37,827 nt of DNA from Candidatus Jordarchaeia archaeon (GTDB lineage Archaea > Asgardarchaeota > Jordiarchaeia > Jordiarchaeales > Jordiarchaeaceae), in assembly GCA_029856435.1 (NCBI GenBank), contig JAHQXB010000043.1, forward strand, positions 1 through 37,827. Reading direction: 5' to 3'. Each line of letters opens with the position of its first letter. Within the stretch, counting starts at the first letter, position 1. This document shows, one piece after another, positions 35,991-37,827 of the stretch. The notes beneath the pieces are model-generated. The model was not told the origin of the DNA. It saw nothing but the letters and a program-made list of their open reading frames with translations, and did no database searches. Position numbers and translations under genes: made by a program.

Positions 35991-36044
35991 TCAAATAATC
36001 CAAACTATCAGAACGAATTGTTTAGAAAGGATAATGCTTCCTTT

Positions 36045-37307
36045 TTAGTATTTCCCGTACTTCTTTACTGCATCCGTCAATGCTTTAATGTTTTCTGGTT
36101 TCACATCCAGCGACGATGCCTCAGCTGGAGCTAGTGCAAATCCGCCGCCAGGTTTTAGGTCTTCAAGCAGGCTCTTAACATGCTCTCTAACCTTTTCAGG
36201 CGTCCCTCCAGCCAGTAAAGATCCCGGTATGCCACCCATTATGCATGTATGGCCTCCCAGTACCTCTTTAGCTTTTCTTAAATCAGCTCTCTCAAAATAT
36301 GCCACTGTCTTTCCCTTTGGTAGTTCAAGCATTGTTTCCAGATGAGGTGTATGGTCTCCCTCATAGAATATGAAAGGCGTTAGTCCCGCTTTGATTAGTT
36401 CCCCAATAACCTTCTTGAGGGCTGGCCAATAATACTCATTGTATAGTTTTGGCGATAGTATCGAGTTTAGGTGTAAGGGTATGAAGGCAAGCACAATGTC
36501 CGTTCCAAAAAACTTCTTAACCTCTGGCGGTACTTGGCCAGAAATAACCCCGACTTTAGCTGCAAGGGGTGTTAATACCTCAGTGGCCTGCTGAACCTTG
36601 TCGGGAATTCGGTGAAGGTCAACAACGACATCTGTTACGTGGCGCATAAAATCCCCTATAAGATCAAGTGGCGAGTAGGACCAAGCAAATGGAAATGATG
36701 GGAATCCGAGATTTTTAAGTTCCAAAGTTAATTCCTGCATCATAGCGCCATACTTTGCAACATCCATTCCCAGCTTAATCATCGCACCATATGCTTTAGC
36801 TGAGTTTGGTTTTTCTAAGCTCGCGCACACCCTTGGCAACAGAACCTCGTTGATAAAGCCAAGTGGGTCGTCTATTAGTTTACCGTATTCTTCTGGTTCC
36901 ATAAATTTTCCGCCGAGGAATTGTGGATACGTGTTCTCCGAAGTTTCCCTTCCGGGCCACTTAGTGTACTTATCCTGTAAAATATCATGCATGGGTCCTG
37001 TCAAAAAGCGAACAAAGGGGGCTATGTCAGGGTGACTTTCAATGAGGGCCAAACTAAATATGAAACCTTCTAATCCTGAAAAACAGCCAAACATGTCGAA
37101 CCCGAAGTCTGATGCAACCTTTATAACTCCCTTTTTACATTCTTGGTAGTCGAAGGCTATTTTCTCATAAGTCGTCTCTAAGTAACTTACCGGGAGAAAG
37201 CAAGCAGCCATCATTAATGGCACTCTGTCTGGTTCCTTTACACGTATTACTTTCTCCAGCCTTTCAAGCCTCTCCTTTAAGAGGACTTCACGTTTAGGTT
37301 TTGACAT
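36045..37307 (-). CDS. Uroporphyrinogen decarboxylase-fold protein, likely substrate:corrinoid methyltransferase (MT1-like), 420 aa
   Basis: KEPDRVP N-terminus; PLH...YWPALK...FYEG...ELPKG; CIMGGIP; GGGFAL; directly coupled (TAAATG) to a corrinoid protein gene. Confidence 0.85.
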   Translation of the reverse strand: MSKPKREVLLKERLERLEKVIRVKEPDRVPLMMAACFLPVSYLETTYEKIAFDYQECKKGVIKVASDFGFDMFGCFSGLEGFIFSLALIESHPDIAPFVRFLTGPMHDILQDKYTKWPGRETSENTYPQFLGGKFMEPEEYGKLIDDPLGFINEVLLPRVCASLEKPNSAKAYGAMIKLGMDVAKYGAMMQELTLELKNLGFPSFPFAWSYSPLDLIGDFMRHVTDVVVDLHRIPDKVQQATEVLTPLAAKVGVISGQVPPEVKKFFGTDIVLAFIPLHLNSILSPKLYNEYYWPALKKVIGELIKAGLTPFIFYEGDHTPHLETMLELPKGKTVAYFERADLRKAKEVLGGHTCIMGGIPGSLLAGGTPEKVREHVKSLLEDLKPGGGFALAPAEASSLDVKPENIKALTDAVKKYGKY

Positions 37308-37827
37308 TTACTTTATCCCCACAAATTCTTTAATGAGTTTTATACCTGTTGCAGCATCTCTCGTCCATGCGTCCGCCCCAACGTATTTCTCGGCATCCTC
37401 GTCCACCCTTCCGCCACCAATTATTACCTTAACTTTATCTCTGAGACCTGCATCCTTGATTGCGTCAATGGTTCTCTTCATCGACTCTATGGCTTCCGTT
37501 AATAAGCCACTTAGCCCAACAGTTTCTGGCTTATTCTTCTTAATTGCCTCTACAAATTTCTTTGGTGAAACATCTACTCCAAGATCTATTACCTCAAATC
37601 CACTTGCTTCAAGAAGAGCTGTGACAATGTTCTTACCTATATCGTGAATATCCCCTTCAACAGTACCAATAGCAACCTTGCCAACTTTCTTGACTTCCTT
37701 CACGCCAATTGCAGGCTTTAGTATCTCGAGTGCTTCCTTCAGCAGTTCTCCAGCGATTATGAGGTCAGATATGAAGTATTGCTTCTCCTCAAACAGTTTG
37801 CCAATTTTGTCCGTAGACCTTCTGATG
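37308..37827 (-). CDS. Corrinoid (B12-binding) methyltransferase cognate protein, 5'-truncated by the window edge
   Basis: The frame stays open past the ORF-track start (37703) to the edge: IRRSTDKIGKLFEEKQYFISDLIIAGELLKEALEILKP (cap domain), then GTVEGDIHDIGKN (DxHxxG), GLSGLL, IIGGG. Confidence 0.95.
   Translation of the reverse strand, partial: IRRSTDKIGKLFEEKQYFISDLIIAGELLKEALEILKPAIGVKEVKKVGKVAIGTVEGDIHDIGKNIVTALLEASGFEVIDLGVDVSPKKFVEAIKKNKPETVGLSGLLTEAIESMKRTIDAIKDAGLRDKVKVIIGGGRVDEDAEKYVGADAWTRDAATGIKLIKEFVGIK

Noticed and set aside
1-37827. rRNA, tRNA, CRISPR-Cas, integrase or viral genes
   Set aside because: None recognised by eye; tRNAscan-SE and cmscan were not run.

Overview
Archaeal DNA from an anaerobe (TATA/BRE-like promoters, GGAGG-type Shine-Dalgarno sites, TrmB, WtpA, DUF3227-like and MtrH-like sequences). 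A TACK/Asgard-type sediment archaeon is inferred, not proven. Left to right: a truncated heptad-repeat coiled-coil gene missed by the ORF track; a decayed MoaD/SAMP pseudogene; an atypical tungsten aldehyde oxidoreductase; an FNR/2Fe-2S reductase with two tandem CrtI/RetSat-like flavoproteins; flavodoxin; an MFS transporter; a tightly coupled 9.5 kb three-gene operon (STAND-type NTPase with TPR/SNAP-like tail, a 773-aa all-helical protein, and an 1812-aa TrmB-like protein whose two domains are separated by about 1600 aa of helix); an alpha/beta hydrolase; a DUF3227/5xPAS kinase/receiver module; a membrane-anchored wHTH regulator and a glycoprotein, separated by a 415-bp protein-free IS200/IS605-type element full of RNA-like hairpins; WtpABC with a ModE-like operator; an HhH/FeS protein; a membrane protein; an epoxide hydrolase; a tandem V4R-like protein; and a corrinoid/URO-D-fold methyltransferase cluster ending in an unannotated mtrH-like pseudogene. 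The best candidates for undescribed biology are the STAND/giant-rod/TrmB operon and the orphan structured-RNA IS605 derivative. All family calls are by-eye motif recognition; no searches were run.
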